Positions 45,171-56,031 of a DNA stretch of 64,000 nt are shown one piece after another (position 1 is the stretch's first letter; each line of letters begins with the position of its first letter). The position numbers were made by a program, and so were the translations under genes. Below the pieces are notes generated by a model. It saw only the letters and a program-made list of their open reading frames with translations. It made no database searches and was not told the origin of the DNA. This stretch comes from an uncultured delta proteobacterium (GTDB lineage: Bacteria > Desulfobacterota > RBG-13-43-22), in NCBI GenBank assembly GCA_963843145.1, contig CAWJJC010000028.1:448001-512000 (forward strand), given 5' to 3'.

Positions 45171-46400
45171 TTATTTCGGAAATCCTATATTTTTATTCAG
45201 TTTTATCAGTCGGCAGCCTAAGAAACGTTTGAGGGAATAAGTCAATAATATTCTATTTCGGAAAACAGCCGGCAGCCAACGATTTTCATTTGAAATCTTT
45301 CTGAATGGACAAACCATCAAAAATAGTTGAGGATGGATCTCCAGGATCCTCCTGTAGGTCTCCAATCCGTCCATACCGGGATCCATGATCATGTCCAGGA
45401 CTAGGAGATCCGCTTTATGTTCTTTCAGGTAAGCCACCGCCTCCTCACCACTGGAAACGCTGGTTACGTTGTAATTCAATTTCTTGAGCCGCTCTTCTGC
45501 CAAATCACGCTGCCCCTTGACATCATCCACAATGAGAATGGTTTCGCCCTTCCCCAGGTATTCGGAAATCGGGACTCTAACCGGCTCCGTTGAGATTTTT
45601 TCCCTCGTCACCGGAAAATAGAGGGTAAAGGTGTTTCCCTTTTCCTCTTCGCTCTGGACATCAATGTATCCCTGATGGTCTTTCACCGTACCCCAAACCA
45701 CCGTCAGCCCTAATCCGGTCCCGCTTCTCCCCATGACCTTCTTGGTATAAAAAGGCTCAAAAATGCGTTTGAGATCAGCTTTCCGTATCCCTTCCCCGGT
45801 ATCGGACACGGAAAGGACAACATAATCTCCCTCCCAGACCTCATCATATCCCTGAATAGGAAAACAGTTTCTCAAACTCCAGTGACTGCTGGCCATCGAC
45901 GATGATTCTGTTCAGATTTAGTACCTGTCTGTCGGATATTCCTTTTCTAGCTAGGGTCAACATATCCTGAACAATCGCGGCCGCCTTCCGGCTTCCGCTT
46001 CAATGATGAGAATCCCGGTTCCTACCGTATTGAAGATTGCCTGTAGTTTCGTTTCGCTGCTTTTTCGTCCCTCGCTCTGCAAAGCCAGAAAAAAACGCTC
46101 TGTACCCACCATGGCCTGAACCCCGGACATCAATCCTGCCAGGGTAGTGTCAACCCACATCATCGCCACGGGTAGGTCCTCGAAGGTGCAGGTACCTTGT
46201 TCGGAATTCCATGCAACATTAATTCCGGAGACCCGGATTTTACTCGATGTAAATGAGTTTCCTCCAAGCCCCTCCACAGGTTGTTGTTCAGTCTCCGTTA
46301 GCGTGCGGTCTGATTCCAATCGTTCCAGTTCTGCAATCCTTTTTCTTAGAGTAACCAGTTCCTGGATCCGTACCTGCTTTGTCCTGGATTGATCTTTCAT
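45171..46400 (-). pseudogene. Fragmented hybrid PAS/histidine kinase/receiver gene
   Basis: N-terminal piece (45957-46400), a short QVLNLNRII..FEKL piece near 45870-45935, then HATPase (SDTGEG, FEPFYTKK, GTGLGL) and truncated REC (45171-45896). No intact HisKA. Confidence 0.72.
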
Positions 46401-46628
46401 AGGGTCGCCCCAGGTGTTGAGATGATCTGAGTGAGCTATGACTTATAGCTGATTTTGGGTCAAAACCATATAAGGATTTATAAATAAGTCAATAAATTTT
46501 AACTTTTTATCATTGATTACTGTTTGAACTCTAGCGCTGTATTCAAAAAGGAGGTCTGAGGACTTCAGGAAGAAGCCCATCATATTGATATTTCATTAAA
46601 ACCACTCTTTTTACTAAATTTACCTCTT

Positions 46629-47864
46629 TCACCCAAAATTCCGATCTTTATTCTTCCCTGGAATCTTAATGAACTGGGCTGAGATGAAATTTAACAGGGC
46701 AATACATCCGCCCAACAGAAAAACCATCTGGTAACCCCAGGCCGCCCAGATGACTCCGCCCACCAGCGCGATGCCGATGGAAAAAACATGATCCAGCGAC
46801 ACCGACATCGTGAGGGTCGGGGTAATGTGATCGGGATGCACCACAATTTTCTTCAAGTAAGTCGCGCGAGCCATATTAACGGACATCAAAAGCTGGTCCA
46901 TGACAAAGCAGAGGCTCACGACGGTCAAGGCCGCGCGTTCGGTCAAAAAGTCCCGCGAAAATCCGTAACCAATACAGACCCCGATCAGCAAAACAGCTTC
47001 CATGATCAAAACGGTTTTTTCCCCCAACTTGTCGATGGCATTACCCAGCAAAGGTTGGAAAACAACACCGCAAATACCACCGATCGTCAACAAGGTCGCC
47101 AGCATAGTGACTGGCTGATTAAAAACCGTCACCAGCACCCAGGGCGCAAAGGTCAGAAAAATCTGTTTGCGTGTTCCAAAAAGGATGGAGAGCCAGTAAT
47201 ATAATCGATATTCTTTATGAAACTTGAGATGTAAAGCCGGGGGATGGGCCTTGCCGGGGTGCATGGCGAAAAACATCAGTGCGGCAAAGAGGTAAAACAA
47301 GGCGGCGAACAGGAATGAGATCTGGAACGTGAAATGCAGATACCTAAATCCCAGAAACGTGAAAAAGCCGCCGATCACAAACACGAAATTCCGGACGGCA
47401 TTAAACTGGCCCAGGCGCTTGCCGGTCTGGCCTTCGCGGGCCAGTTCCATGCCGATGCTGGTGTTGAGTGGCATTAACATGTGCTGGCCCAAACTAAGGA
47501 TAAAAAGCCAGGCGAACATCCAATGGAAAGTGACCGAGAAAAAGGCCATCAGGACCAACCCGCCGGCGCCGGCCAAGGCGGCGAAAGTTGCCAGCCTCCT
47601 GCTGCGGACAAAAAACAACACAGCCGAAACAAAAATTACGGAAAAGCCCGGCAGTTCGCGGGGCAGTTCCAAAAAGGTGCGCTGAAAGCTGTTGAGGCTG
47701 AACGTCTCATTCAAAAAATTATTGAAGACTGCGTTCACCATGCTTTCGGCAAAACCAATCATGGCGAGACCCGATATGAAAAAGAGCATGTCCCGCTCGA
47801 AATGCCTGAAAACTGCTGTTTGATCTTTAGTATCATCGTTGTTCTGAGAATTTGTCTCTAACAA
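46629..47864 (-). CDS. MFS transporter
   Basis: About 12 TM helices; LELPRELPGF, RKQIFLTFAPW, GNAIDKLGEK. Confidence 0.82.
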   Translation of the reverse strand: MLETNSQNNDDTKDQTAVFRHFERDMLFFISGLAMIGFAESMVNAVFNNFLNETFSLNSFQRTFLELPRELPGFSVIFVSAVLFFVRSRRLATFAALAGAGGLVLMAFFSVTFHWMFAWLFILSLGQHMLMPLNTSIGMELAREGQTGKRLGQFNAVRNFVFVIGGFFTFLGFRYLHFTFQISFLFAALFYLFAALMFFAMHPGKAHPPALHLKFHKEYRLYYWLSILFGTRKQIFLTFAPWVLVTVFNQPVTMLATLLTIGGICGVVFQPLLGNAIDKLGEKTVLIMEAVLLIGVCIGYGFSRDFLTERAALTVVSLCFVMDQLLMSVNMARATYLKKIVVHPDHITPTLTMSVSLDHVFSIGIALVGGVIWAAWGYQMVFLLGGCIALLNFISAQFIKIPGKNKDRNFG

Positions 47865-47951
47865 TGGATGTAATAATCTAAATTAAAAGACGTTAGCTTT
47901 AAACCTGTTAAGTGTTTTTATTTTAGCCAAAAATATTTCGAATATTTTTGG

Positions 47952-49547
47952 CTAGTCTTTGATCTTGGCCAAGATCTTCTGGACCAGGTCTTCGGGGGGT
48001 TGATCCAGGCGAAGGCGGAAACCGTGTTGGGGGATGATTTCCCCGGTGGGATCGAAGTCGGCCCGTTGGGCCCGGAAGAGTTCCCAACGACCGTCGGAGA
48101 CGGCCCGGGGGTCCTGGCGGCGAGCCTCCAGACGCTGCCGGATGAGGGTCACGGGGGCCCGGCATTCCACAAAGCGGAGGTCGGCACCCAGGTTCCGGGC
48201 CAATTCCAGGAGCGCGCTTCGTTCCTTCTGCTCCTTGTATGATCCATCCAGAATGACCGGGTGACCCTGCCTGAGCAGGTGCTCCGCCTTCTGGCGCAGG
48301 ACCCGATAGGTTTTTTCAGAAAGGTCCCGGGAATAGATCCCCCGTCCAAAGGGTTCCCGTTGCCGACCGGTCGGTTTCAACCCGGCTATTTGTTTTCGAA
48401 CCCGGTCGGTGCTGAAAACCCTCCAGCCGGTCTTTCGGGAGAGGGCCTGGGCCAGGGTGGTCTTGCCGGTGCCCATGAGGCCGAAAAAAACGATCAAGGG
48501 CAGCGGACGATCGGCCCGGGCGAAGGTCTGGGCCAGTTGAAAATACCGTCTGGCCTGGCGTCGATGGTCCCTCCGTTCTTCGGGGGGAATTTCGCTTTCC
48601 GTGGAAGCGAAGGCATGGATCTTAGCCCGGACACAGGCCCGGTAACATTTATAAAAATTCATTAAACGCTTGGCCTCGGGGTCCTCAGCCAGGCGGACAT
48701 ACTCCCGGACCAGCAGGCGGCTTAAGACCGGATAGCCATGAAAGTCCAGGTCCATGGCCAGAAAGGCCAGATCACAGGCGACATCGGAATAACGGAAGCG
48801 ATGGTTGAATTCCAGGCAATCGTAAATCTGGATTTCCGCTTCCAGGCAAATATTGCCCGAGTGCAGGTCGCCGTGGCCGTCCCGGATTCGGTTAGCAGCG
48901 ATGCGGCCTTCAAAAAGAGGACGGTTTTGATCGATAAACCTTCGGGTGTAGCGCAGCACCGTTTGGTAGGCCGAAGAAGAAACCAGTTTTCCCACGAAGG
49001 GCCGGGTCTCGGTAAAGTTTTCTTCGGTATTCTTGTGGATAACGGCGACGCGACCGTCCAGGTTCACCGCTCCGCCGGTTTGGGCGGTTCGATAAAAGGG
49101 GGCCAGTATCCGCACCAGGTCCTTGATTTCCTTTCCCCCCACCTGCCCGGCGACCAGCAGTCGGTTCATCATCCGGTCCTGAGGCATCTCCCGCATCAGG
49201 ACCGCGTATTCCACCACCCTCCCGCGACCGTTTACGGCCAACCTCTTTTTTTGTTCGGTGATCCGCGCCACCCCCAGGTAGAGATTGTGGGTCAACCGCC
49301 GGTTGAGTTTGACCTCCTGCCGGCAGAAATAGCCTCGCTGGGCCAGGGTACTGAAGTCCAGGAAATCATAACGGATCGGCTTTTTGACTTTATAAACCAG
49401 ACCCCCGGTCAGGAAAACGTGGGAAATGTGCGTTTGCAGGTGGATAATATCCGGGGGGCGGTGGGGATAGGTTTCCGGGCGAAGCAGCGCCTGGACAATC
49501 CGGTCCTGATCGGGATCGTGGCTGTGCGGGGGAGTGCCGTGGACCAT
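47952..49547 (-). CDS. Phosphotransferase-like plus P-loop kinase (AAA_33) fusion protein
   Basis: QTHIS, YKVKKP, DGHGDLHSGN, DCLEFN, D.AFLAMDL; GLMGTGKTT, TDRVRK, SDG. The track's N-terminal extension is a translated repeat. Confidence 0.85.
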   Translation of the reverse strand: MVHGTPPHSHDPDQDRIVQALLRPETYPHRPPDIIHLQTHISHVFLTGGLVYKVKKPIRYDFLDFSTLAQRGYFCRQEVKLNRRLTHNLYLGVARITEQKKRLAVNGRGRVVEYAVLMREMPQDRMMNRLLVAGQVGGKEIKDLVRILAPFYRTAQTGGAVNLDGRVAVIHKNTEENFTETRPFVGKLVSSSAYQTVLRYTRRFIDQNRPLFEGRIAANRIRDGHGDLHSGNICLEAEIQIYDCLEFNHRFRYSDVACDLAFLAMDLDFHGYPVLSRLLVREYVRLAEDPEAKRLMNFYKCYRACVRAKIHAFASTESEIPPEERRDHRRQARRYFQLAQTFARADRPLPLIVFFGLMGTGKTTLAQALSRKTGWRVFSTDRVRKQIAGLKPTGRQREPFGRGIYSRDLSEKTYRVLRQKAEHLLRQGHPVILDGSYKEQKERSALLELARNLGADLRFVECRAPVTLIRQRLEARRQDPRAVSDGRWELFRAQRADFDPTGEIIPQHGFRLRLDQPPEDLVQKILAKIKD

Positions 49548-49581
49548 GCGAATTGGAGATCCCTTTCTAAGAGAGATGGGA

Positions 49582-49651
49582 GTGTACGAGTACGTGTACG
49601 AGTGGGGTGCCGTTATTTTAGAGACCCGTACTCTTACACCTACTCGTACAC
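49582..49651. repeat. Empty hexameric (GTGTAC/GAGTAC) inverted-repeat element
   Basis: GTGTACGAGTACGTGTACGAGT / ACTCTTACACCTACTCGTACAC; 20/22 complementary. Confidence 0.7.
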
Positions 49652-49703
49652 GCAAATCTCTCCGGCGCTGACTTCAATATCTTTTTAGAAATTAATACAG
49701 ATC

Positions 49704-51425
49704 TTACCCTTCGATAAACAGCGGGATGATTTCCATCCGTTTGACATCCACCAGCCCCCGGTCCGTAATTCTCAACTCCGGGATAACCGACAGCGTCAGG
49801 AAAGACAAGGCCATAAAAGGGTTAGGCGCTTGACAGCCAGCGGCGGCAGCGGCCTGAAGCAGGAGGTCTTTCTGTTCGATTACCGTTTTCAGCGGCTGAT
49901 CGGACATCAGGCCGGCGATAGGCAGGGGGAGTTGGGCTCGTACTTCCCCTCCGCGGACGACCACCAGTCCGCCGTTCAAGGCTTCGACGGTCTTGACCGC
50001 TAAGAACATCTCCGCCGGATCCCGACCGATGACCACGATATGGTGCGAGTCGTGGGAAACCGAAGAGGCCAGGGCCCCTTGCCGCAAACCAAAGCCCTTC
50101 ACCAAACCCTGGCCGACGTTCCCGGACCCCTGATGCCGTTCCACGCAGGCCAAGAGGACCAGATCCTCCTCCGGATCAAGCCAGAGTTTTCCGTCACGGG
50201 AATGGATTTCCACCTGGAGCCGGCGGGAGAGTATTTGATCGGGGATGAGTTCGATCACCTGAGCCCGATTTCCCCGAATCGGAATTTCGAAACGCTCCGG
50301 GGTGAGGTTACGGATAGACATGGTCCGGGGCTGTTCCCGGTATTCGGTCTTAATGGAGGGCCCGACATATTCCCCGTTCCGGGCGACCAGGGTTCCGCGC
50401 TTGAAAACCGCCTCCACTTCCATCCCGGCGATGGTTTTTAAAACGGTCAGGTCGGCCTGGTAACCGGGGGCCACGGCCCCCAAATGCCGGAGACCGAAAT
50501 GTTCGGCCGGGTTCAGGGTGGCCATCTGAAAGGCTAACAGCGGATTGAGGCCCAGTCCGATGGCCTGCCGGAGCAGGTAATTGATGTGGCCTTCCCGGAC
50601 CAAATCATCCGGATGACGGTCGTCGGTCACCAGGAGAAAATTCCGGGCGTTACAGGTCATGACCAGCGGCAGCAGTGCTTTCAAGTTCTTGGCTAAGGAA
50701 CCTTCCCGGATCATAATTTTCATGCCCAGGGCCAGTTTTTCCTTGGCTTCGGATAGGTTGCTGCATTCGTGATCGGAGCAGGGGCCGCCGGCCCGATAAG
50801 CGCACAGGTCTTTACCCGTCAACAAGGGGGCATGGCCGTCGATGATTCCTTTTTGGAAGGCGATCAATTTTTTCAGTACCGCGGGATCTTGTCGGATGAC
50901 CCCGGGAAAATTCATCATTTCACCCAGGCCCAGGACTCGGGGATGGCGGCGTAAAGGGAGCAGGTCTTTCTTCCCCAGAACCGCTCCCGCAGTCTCCAAA
51001 GGAGTGGCCGGGACGCAGGAAGGGGCCATCCAGTAATAATCCAGGGGCAGGTCGGCGCTGTCCTGCAGCATAAAGGCCAGCCCCTGAAGACCCAATACAT
51101 TGGCGATCTCATGGGGGTCGGAAATCAAGGTAGTCGTCCCCAGGGGTAGCAGGACTGGGGCTAAATGGGCCGGGGTCAGCAGGGTGCTTTCCACGTGCAG
51201 GTGGCCGTCGATAAATCCGGGAACGATGAACTGACGCCGGCAATCAAAGACCTCCCGCCCCTCGTAGTCGCCCAACCCGATAATGGTCCCTTCGGCCAGG
51301 GCCACATCGGTTTCCACGATTTCACAGGTAAAAACGTTGACCACCCGTCCGCCTTTAAGGACCAGGTCAGCCGGGATTTCCCCCCGGGCGGCGCGAATAA
51401 TTTTTTTAAGCTTTTTGGAAGTCAT
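49704..51425 (-). CDS. ade: Adenine deaminase
   Basis: PGFIDGHLHVES, DPHEIANV, GEMMNFPG, DHE, TDD, SVSHDSHH, LSVIPELRIT. Confidence 0.92.
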   Translation of the reverse strand: MTSKKLKKIIRAARGEIPADLVLKGGRVVNVFTCEIVETDVALAEGTIIGLGDYEGREVFDCRRQFIVPGFIDGHLHVESTLLTPAHLAPVLLPLGTTTLISDPHEIANVLGLQGLAFMLQDSADLPLDYYWMAPSCVPATPLETAGAVLGKKDLLPLRRHPRVLGLGEMMNFPGVIRQDPAVLKKLIAFQKGIIDGHAPLLTGKDLCAYRAGGPCSDHECSNLSEAKEKLALGMKIMIREGSLAKNLKALLPLVMTCNARNFLLVTDDRHPDDLVREGHINYLLRQAIGLGLNPLLAFQMATLNPAEHFGLRHLGAVAPGYQADLTVLKTIAGMEVEAVFKRGTLVARNGEYVGPSIKTEYREQPRTMSIRNLTPERFEIPIRGNRAQVIELIPDQILSRRLQVEIHSRDGKLWLDPEEDLVLLACVERHQGSGNVGQGLVKGFGLRQGALASSVSHDSHHIVVIGRDPAEMFLAVKTVEALNGGLVVVRGGEVRAQLPLPIAGLMSDQPLKTVIEQKDLLLQAAAAAGCQAPNPFMALSFLTLSVIPELRITDRGLVDVKRMEIIPLFIEG

Positions 51426-51506
51426 GGAAAACCTTCTCGGAAAGGTCATCGAGAATAGCGCAATGTTTCCATAGATGGCTTACAACGCTCCCCAAGCTCG
51501 ACCGGG

Positions 51507-51533
51507 GGATTGCTTCGCTTTGCTCGCAATGAC
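51507..51533. repeat. Single CGTC-type REP arm
   Basis: GGATTGCTTCGCTTTGCTCGCAATGAC. Confidence 0.55.
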
Positions 51534-51631
51534 AGGTGGGCGTGGCCTTATTTTCGTATCAGAATCTGTGACGCTCTGCTCCCCGCGTTCTTTCCTCATC
51601 CTCTCGCTTCTTACGCCCGGCGCTCTGCGTC

Positions 51632-52834
51632 TTACGTTCGATAATCGGCATTGATCCGGATGTAATCCAGAGAAAGGTCGCAGGTATAGACCGTGGCTTT
51701 CGCCCGCCCCTGGTGCAGGTCGACGGTGATGGTCAAGGCCTTTTTCTTGAGGACCTGGGAGGCTGGAATCTCCTGTTCCGGTCCCAGACCCAGGCCCTGT
51801 TTTACCAGGGGAACCGAACCAAAAAAGATATCGACCCGGGCCGGATCAAAGGAGACCCCTGAGCGTCCCAAGGCGGCCAGGATCCGCCCCCAGTTGGCGT
51901 CTTCGCCGAAAAGGGCGGTTTTTACCAACGGCGAATTGGCCACGGTAAACCCCAGGATCCGGGCCTCCTCCTCGGTCCTGGCGCCTTTAATGAGTAACGT
52001 GACTTCTTTGGTGGCCCCTTCACCGTCCCGGACGATCATTCGGGCCAGGTCCAGCAGGAGTTGATCCAGGGCCTTTTTGAAGGCGTTGGCCCCGGGGCTT
52101 TTCCGATTCTCTAATTTCGGATTTCCGGCCAACCCGTTGGCCATCATCAGCAGCAGATCATTGGTGCTGGTGTCGCCGTCCACGGTGATGGAATTAAAGG
52201 ACCGCTTAACACCTTCTTGAAGCAGTTTGTTTAACCAGGTCGGCGCCACGTCCGCGTCGGTCAGCACGAAGCCCAGCATGGTGGCCAGATGGGGCTGGAT
52301 CATGCCGGCTCCTTTGGCGATACCAACCAGTCGGCAGTGGGTCTTTCCCAGCGGCACTTCCCGGGAGGTAATCTTGGGGAAGGTGTCGGTGGTCATGATC
52401 GCTTGCGCCACCGCCGGAAGATTATTTTCGTTCAATCCCTGTACCAAAAAAGGGAGCGCCCGACCCAGGCGTTTGGTCGGCAGCGGCTGGCCGATAACGC
52501 CGGTGGAGGCCATAAAAACCTGGTTGGCAGGCAAGTCCAGCAGGTCGGAAATCCTCCGGGTCAGCAAGCGGGTGTCCTTGAGCCCCTGTTCCCCGGTACA
52601 GGCGTTGGCATTCCCGCTGTTGACCAGGATGGCCCGGCCCTGCCCGGAGGCGATCCTTTTCTGATCGATAAGGATGGAAGCGGCCTTGACTTGATTCCGG
52701 GTGAAGACACCGGCTGCTGCCGCCGGCGTGCTCGAAACAATCAATCCCAGGTCTTCCCGGTCGGTCCCTTTTTTTATTTGTGCCTTGGCCGTGGCTGCCA
52801 AGAAACCCTTCACTTGAAAAGCGTTATCCTTCAT
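51632..52834 (-). CDS. argJ: Bifunctional ornithine acetyltransferase/N-acetylglutamate synthase
   Basis: NSGNANACTG, STGVIG, KGAGMI, ATML, DGDTSTND, DGEGATK, NWGRI. Confidence 0.95.
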   Translation of the reverse strand: MKDNAFQVKGFLAATAKAQIKKGTDREDLGLIVSSTPAAAAGVFTRNQVKAASILIDQKRIASGQGRAILVNSGNANACTGEQGLKDTRLLTRRISDLLDLPANQVFMASTGVIGQPLPTKRLGRALPFLVQGLNENNLPAVAQAIMTTDTFPKITSREVPLGKTHCRLVGIAKGAGMIQPHLATMLGFVLTDADVAPTWLNKLLQEGVKRSFNSITVDGDTSTNDLLLMMANGLAGNPKLENRKSPGANAFKKALDQLLLDLARMIVRDGEGATKEVTLLIKGARTEEEARILGFTVANSPLVKTALFGEDANWGRILAALGRSGVSFDPARVDIFFGSVPLVKQGLGLGPEQEIPASQVLKKKALTITVDLHQGRAKATVYTCDLSLDYIRINADYRT

Positions 52835-52900
52835 GGCGTGCCCTCTGGTTATCTTCGGTGGGGAAGCAGTAAATCAGCAACAAGGCCGGCTTTCGAAAAA

Positions 52901-52990
52901 CGACTCAAAATTCGAAAGGTATTTGTTTTGGTCATTTGGATTTTGGAGTTTCGTGCTTGTTTCGGATTTCGTGCTTCGAATTTCGAATTT
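52901..52990. repeat. Degenerate heptameric repeat element (long right arm, residual left arm)
   Basis: CGACTCAAAATTCGAAA ... TTTGGTCATTTGGATTTTGGAGTTTCGTGCTTGTTTCGGATTTCGTGCTTCGAATTTCGAATTT. Confidence 0.6.
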
Positions 52991-53028
52991 AAAGATCCTT
53001 TGGTTCATATGTTAGAGAGAAGGATCCC

Positions 53029-55548
53029 TCACTTGTTGCGGCCGCAGCATTTCTTATACTTCTTGCCGCTGCCGCAGGTGCAGGGATCGTTACGGCCGAT
53101 CTTCTTGCTGTCCCGTTTTTTGGGGGTGGGGCCTTCATCGCCGCCGTGGCTGAAAAAAACAGGCCGTTCCTGGGGAGCGGTTAAGGCCTCCAGGTCCGCT
53201 TCCCGGGCCAATTGCACGCGCATCAGGTTGGCTACGGTCTGTTCCTTGATCCGTTCAATCAGTTCCACGAACATCTCATAGCCTTCCCGTTGATATTCCC
53301 GGAGGGGGTCCCGTTGTCCATAGCCTCGAAGGCCGATCCCTTCCTTGAGGTGGTCCATGCTCAGCAGATGATCTTTCCAGGCGGTGTCGATGGTTTGGAG
53401 CATGACCATTTGTTCCAGGGAGGCCATGACCTCTGGGCCGATGGCCTCCACCTTTTGCAGATACCGATTCCAGACCTGCTCCTGGACATTCTCCCGAAGT
53501 TCCTCCGCCTCGGGGATCGGCCGGGCGTCGAGATCCAGGTGCAGGTTGAATTGCGAGAAGAGCTTGTCTTTCATGGTCTTTAAGTCCCATTCTTCGGGCG
53601 GGACTTTTTCATCCAGAAAAGCATCCAGGACGGCGTCGACCAGTTCCCGGTTCATTTCCTGGATGGTCTCCCGGAGGTCCTGTCCTTCCAAAACCTTTCG
53701 CCGTTGTTCGTAAATGACTTCTCGCTGTTGATTCATCACATCATCGAAATCCAGCAGGTGTTTTCTGATTTCAAAGTTGTGACCTTCCACCCGGCGTTGG
53801 GCGTTTTCAATGGCCTTGGAGATCAACTGGTGTTCAATGGGTTCACCCTCGGACATGCCCATTTTGTCCATCAGCCCGGCGATGCGGTCGGAGCCGAAGA
53901 TGCGCAGCAGGTCGTCTTCCAGGGAAAGGTAAAAACGGGAACTGCCCGGATCCCCCTGGCGTCCCGATCGGCCGCGCAACTGGTTATCGATGCGCCGGGA
54001 TTCGTGGCGCTCGGTCCCCAAAATATGCAGGCCTCCCAGTGCCGTGACTCCCTCGCCCAGGACAATGTCCGTTCCGCGACCGGCCATGTTGGTCGAAATG
54101 GTCACGGAGGCCTTCTGACCGGCCTGGGAAACGATTTCGGCTTCCAGAGAGTGGTTTTTGGCGTTTAAGACTGAATGCTTGACCCCTTCCCGGGCCATGG
54201 CCCGGGAAAGGCGCTCGGATTTTTCGATGGAAATAGTTCCCACCAGGACGGGTTGTCCCTTGGTATGCAGTTCCTTGATCTCCTCCACCACGGCCTTGAA
54301 TTTTTCTTCTTCATTGCGGTAGATGACGTCGGCATAATCCACCCGAATCATTTTCTGGTGGGTGGGGATGACCATCACTTCTAATTTGTAAATTTTATTG
54401 AATTCCGGGGCTTCGGTATCCGCCGTACCCGTCATGCCGGCCAGTTTTTTGTACATGCGGAAATAATTCTGGAAGGTGATGGTGGCCAGGGTCTGGTTTT
54501 CATTTTCCACCTTCACCCCTTCTTTGGCTTCCAGGGCCTGGTGCAGTCCCTCACTGTAGCGGCGGCCGGGCATCAACCGCCCGGTGAACTCATCCACGAT
54601 GACCACTTCGCCGTCCTTAACGATGTAATCCACATCCAGTTTGAAGAGGGCATGGGCCTTCAGCGCCTGATTCAGATGGTGGACCAGGAGCATGTTCCGG
54701 GGGTCGTAGAGGTTTTCGATTTTCAACATTTTTTCGGCTGTTGCCACGCCGTCCTCGGTCAGCACGGCCGTGCGCGTTTTTTCCTCTACCGTATAATCCC
54801 GCTCCTTTTGCAGTCGGGGGATAATCTGGTTGATCTCGTCGTAGAGGCGGGTGGATCCTTCCGCCGCCCCGGAAATAATCAAGGGGGTCCGGGCCTCATC
54901 AATGAGAATGCTGTCCACTTCGTCGACGATGGCGTAATTGAAGGGACGCTGCACGTAATCGTCCAGGGAAAATTCCATATTGTCGCGCAGGTAATCAAAA
55001 CCGAACTCGTTGTTGGTCCCGTAGGTCACGTCGGCCCCGTAGGCCTTCCGCCGCTGCTCTTTGTCCAAGTCGTGGAGGATAACCCCCACGGAGAGGCCTA
55101 AAAATTGATAAATGTCCCCCATCCAGCGGCTGTCCCGGCGGGCCAGGTAATCATTGACCGTCACCACGTGGGCCCCTTCGCCGGAGAGGGCATTGAGATA
55201 AACCGGCAGAACGGCGGCCAGGGTTTTACCCTCGCCGGTTTTCATCTCGGCAATTTTTCCCTGGTGCAGGACGATCCCGCCGATGACCTGCACGTCAAAG
55301 GGGCGCATCCCCAGCACGCGGACCGAGGCTTCCCGGGCTATGGCAAAGGCGGCGGGGAGCAGATCGTCCAGGGGCGCGCCGTTGGCCAATTGTTGCCTGA
55401 ATTCGAAGGTCTTGGCCCTAAGTTGGGCGTCTCCCAGCTTTCGGATCTCCGGTTCCAGGTCATTGATTTGATCGACGAGGGGCGCCAGACGGCTTAACTC
55501 GCGGTCGTTTTTGGTGCCCACGATTTTCTTGATGATAGAGCCAAGCAT
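53029..55548 (-). CDS. secA: Preprotein translocase ATPase SecA
   Basis: [57 protein letters not shown]. Confidence 0.97.
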   Translation of the reverse strand: MLGSIIKKIVGTKNDRELSRLAPLVDQINDLEPEIRKLGDAQLRAKTFEFRQQLANGAPLDDLLPAAFAIAREASVRVLGMRPFDVQVIGGIVLHQGKIAEMKTGEGKTLAAVLPVYLNALSGEGAHVVTVNDYLARRDSRWMGDIYQFLGLSVGVILHDLDKEQRRKAYGADVTYGTNNEFGFDYLRDNMEFSLDDYVQRPFNYAIVDEVDSILIDEARTPLIISGAAEGSTRLYDEINQIIPRLQKERDYTVEEKTRTAVLTEDGVATAEKMLKIENLYDPRNMLLVHHLNQALKAHALFKLDVDYIVKDGEVVIVDEFTGRLMPGRRYSEGLHQALEAKEGVKVENENQTLATITFQNYFRMYKKLAGMTGTADTEAPEFNKIYKLEVMVIPTHQKMIRVDYADVIYRNEEEKFKAVVEEIKELHTKGQPVLVGTISIEKSERLSRAMAREGVKHSVLNAKNHSLEAEIVSQAGQKASVTISTNMAGRGTDIVLGEGVTALGGLHILGTERHESRRIDNQLRGRSGRQGDPGSSRFYLSLEDDLLRIFGSDRIAGLMDKMGMSEGEPIEHQLISKAIENAQRRVEGHNFEIRKHLLDFDDVMNQQREVIYEQRRKVLEGQDLRETIQEMNRELVDAVLDAFLDEKVPPEEWDLKTMKDKLFSQFNLHLDLDARPIPEAEELRENVQEQVWNRYLQKVEAIGPEVMASLEQMVMLQTIDTAWKDHLLSMDHLKEGIGLRGYGQRDPLREYQREGYEMFVELIERIKEQTVANLMRVQLAREADLEALTAPQERPVFFSHGGDEGPTPKKRDSKKIGRNDPCTCGSGKKYKKCCGRNK

Positions 55549-55560
55549 AAGATAACCTTT

Positions 55561-56016
55561 TCAGACTTCCAAGAGTACCGCGATTTCATCGCAGGAGGGA
55601 AATTTTACACACTGGAGGCAGTCGGCCCAAATCTTATGGGGCAGCAGACTCTTGTCGACCACTTTAAAACCCAGCCGGGTGAAAAAGGATACCCGGTAGG
55701 TCAGGGCAAATATCTTATACACGCCCAGGGTAATGGCTTCGGAGACGCAGGCTTCCACCAACCGCGACCCGGCGCCTTGGCCGGCGTAGTTCTCATCCAC
55801 CGCCAGGGATTTGATCTCCGCCAGATCTTCCCAGCATAAGTGGAGGGCGCAATTTCCCCGAGGCTGGTCCCCCCCATCCGGAACATAAACGTAATAATCG
55901 CGAAGGTAACTGTACAGCTCGCTGAGCGAGCGGGGCAGGAGTTGTCCCCGAAGACCGTAATGTTCCAGCAGCTTCTGGATCGGCTTCACATCCTTCATGA
56001 TGGCCTTCCGGATCAT
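55561..56016 (-). CDS. GNAT N-acetyltransferase (short ArgA-like N-acetylglutamate synthase)
   Basis: LLPRSLSELY, WEDLAEIKSLAV, FALTY, LPHKIWADC..C..F..CDE. Confidence 0.85.
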   Translation of the reverse strand: MIRKAIMKDVKPIQKLLEHYGLRGQLLPRSLSELYSYLRDYYVYVPDGGDQPRGNCALHLCWEDLAEIKSLAVDENYAGQGAGSRLVEACVSEAITLGVYKIFALTYRVSFFTRLGFKVVDKSLLPHKIWADCLQCVKFPSCDEIAVLLEV

Positions 56017-56031
56017 GGTCTCCCGCCCCCG

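Noticed and set aside
49548-49655. RVRVGVRVRV/YTYSYT N-terminal extension of the kinase ORF
   Set aside because: It is the translated hexameric inverted repeat; the real start is more likely ATG 49547.
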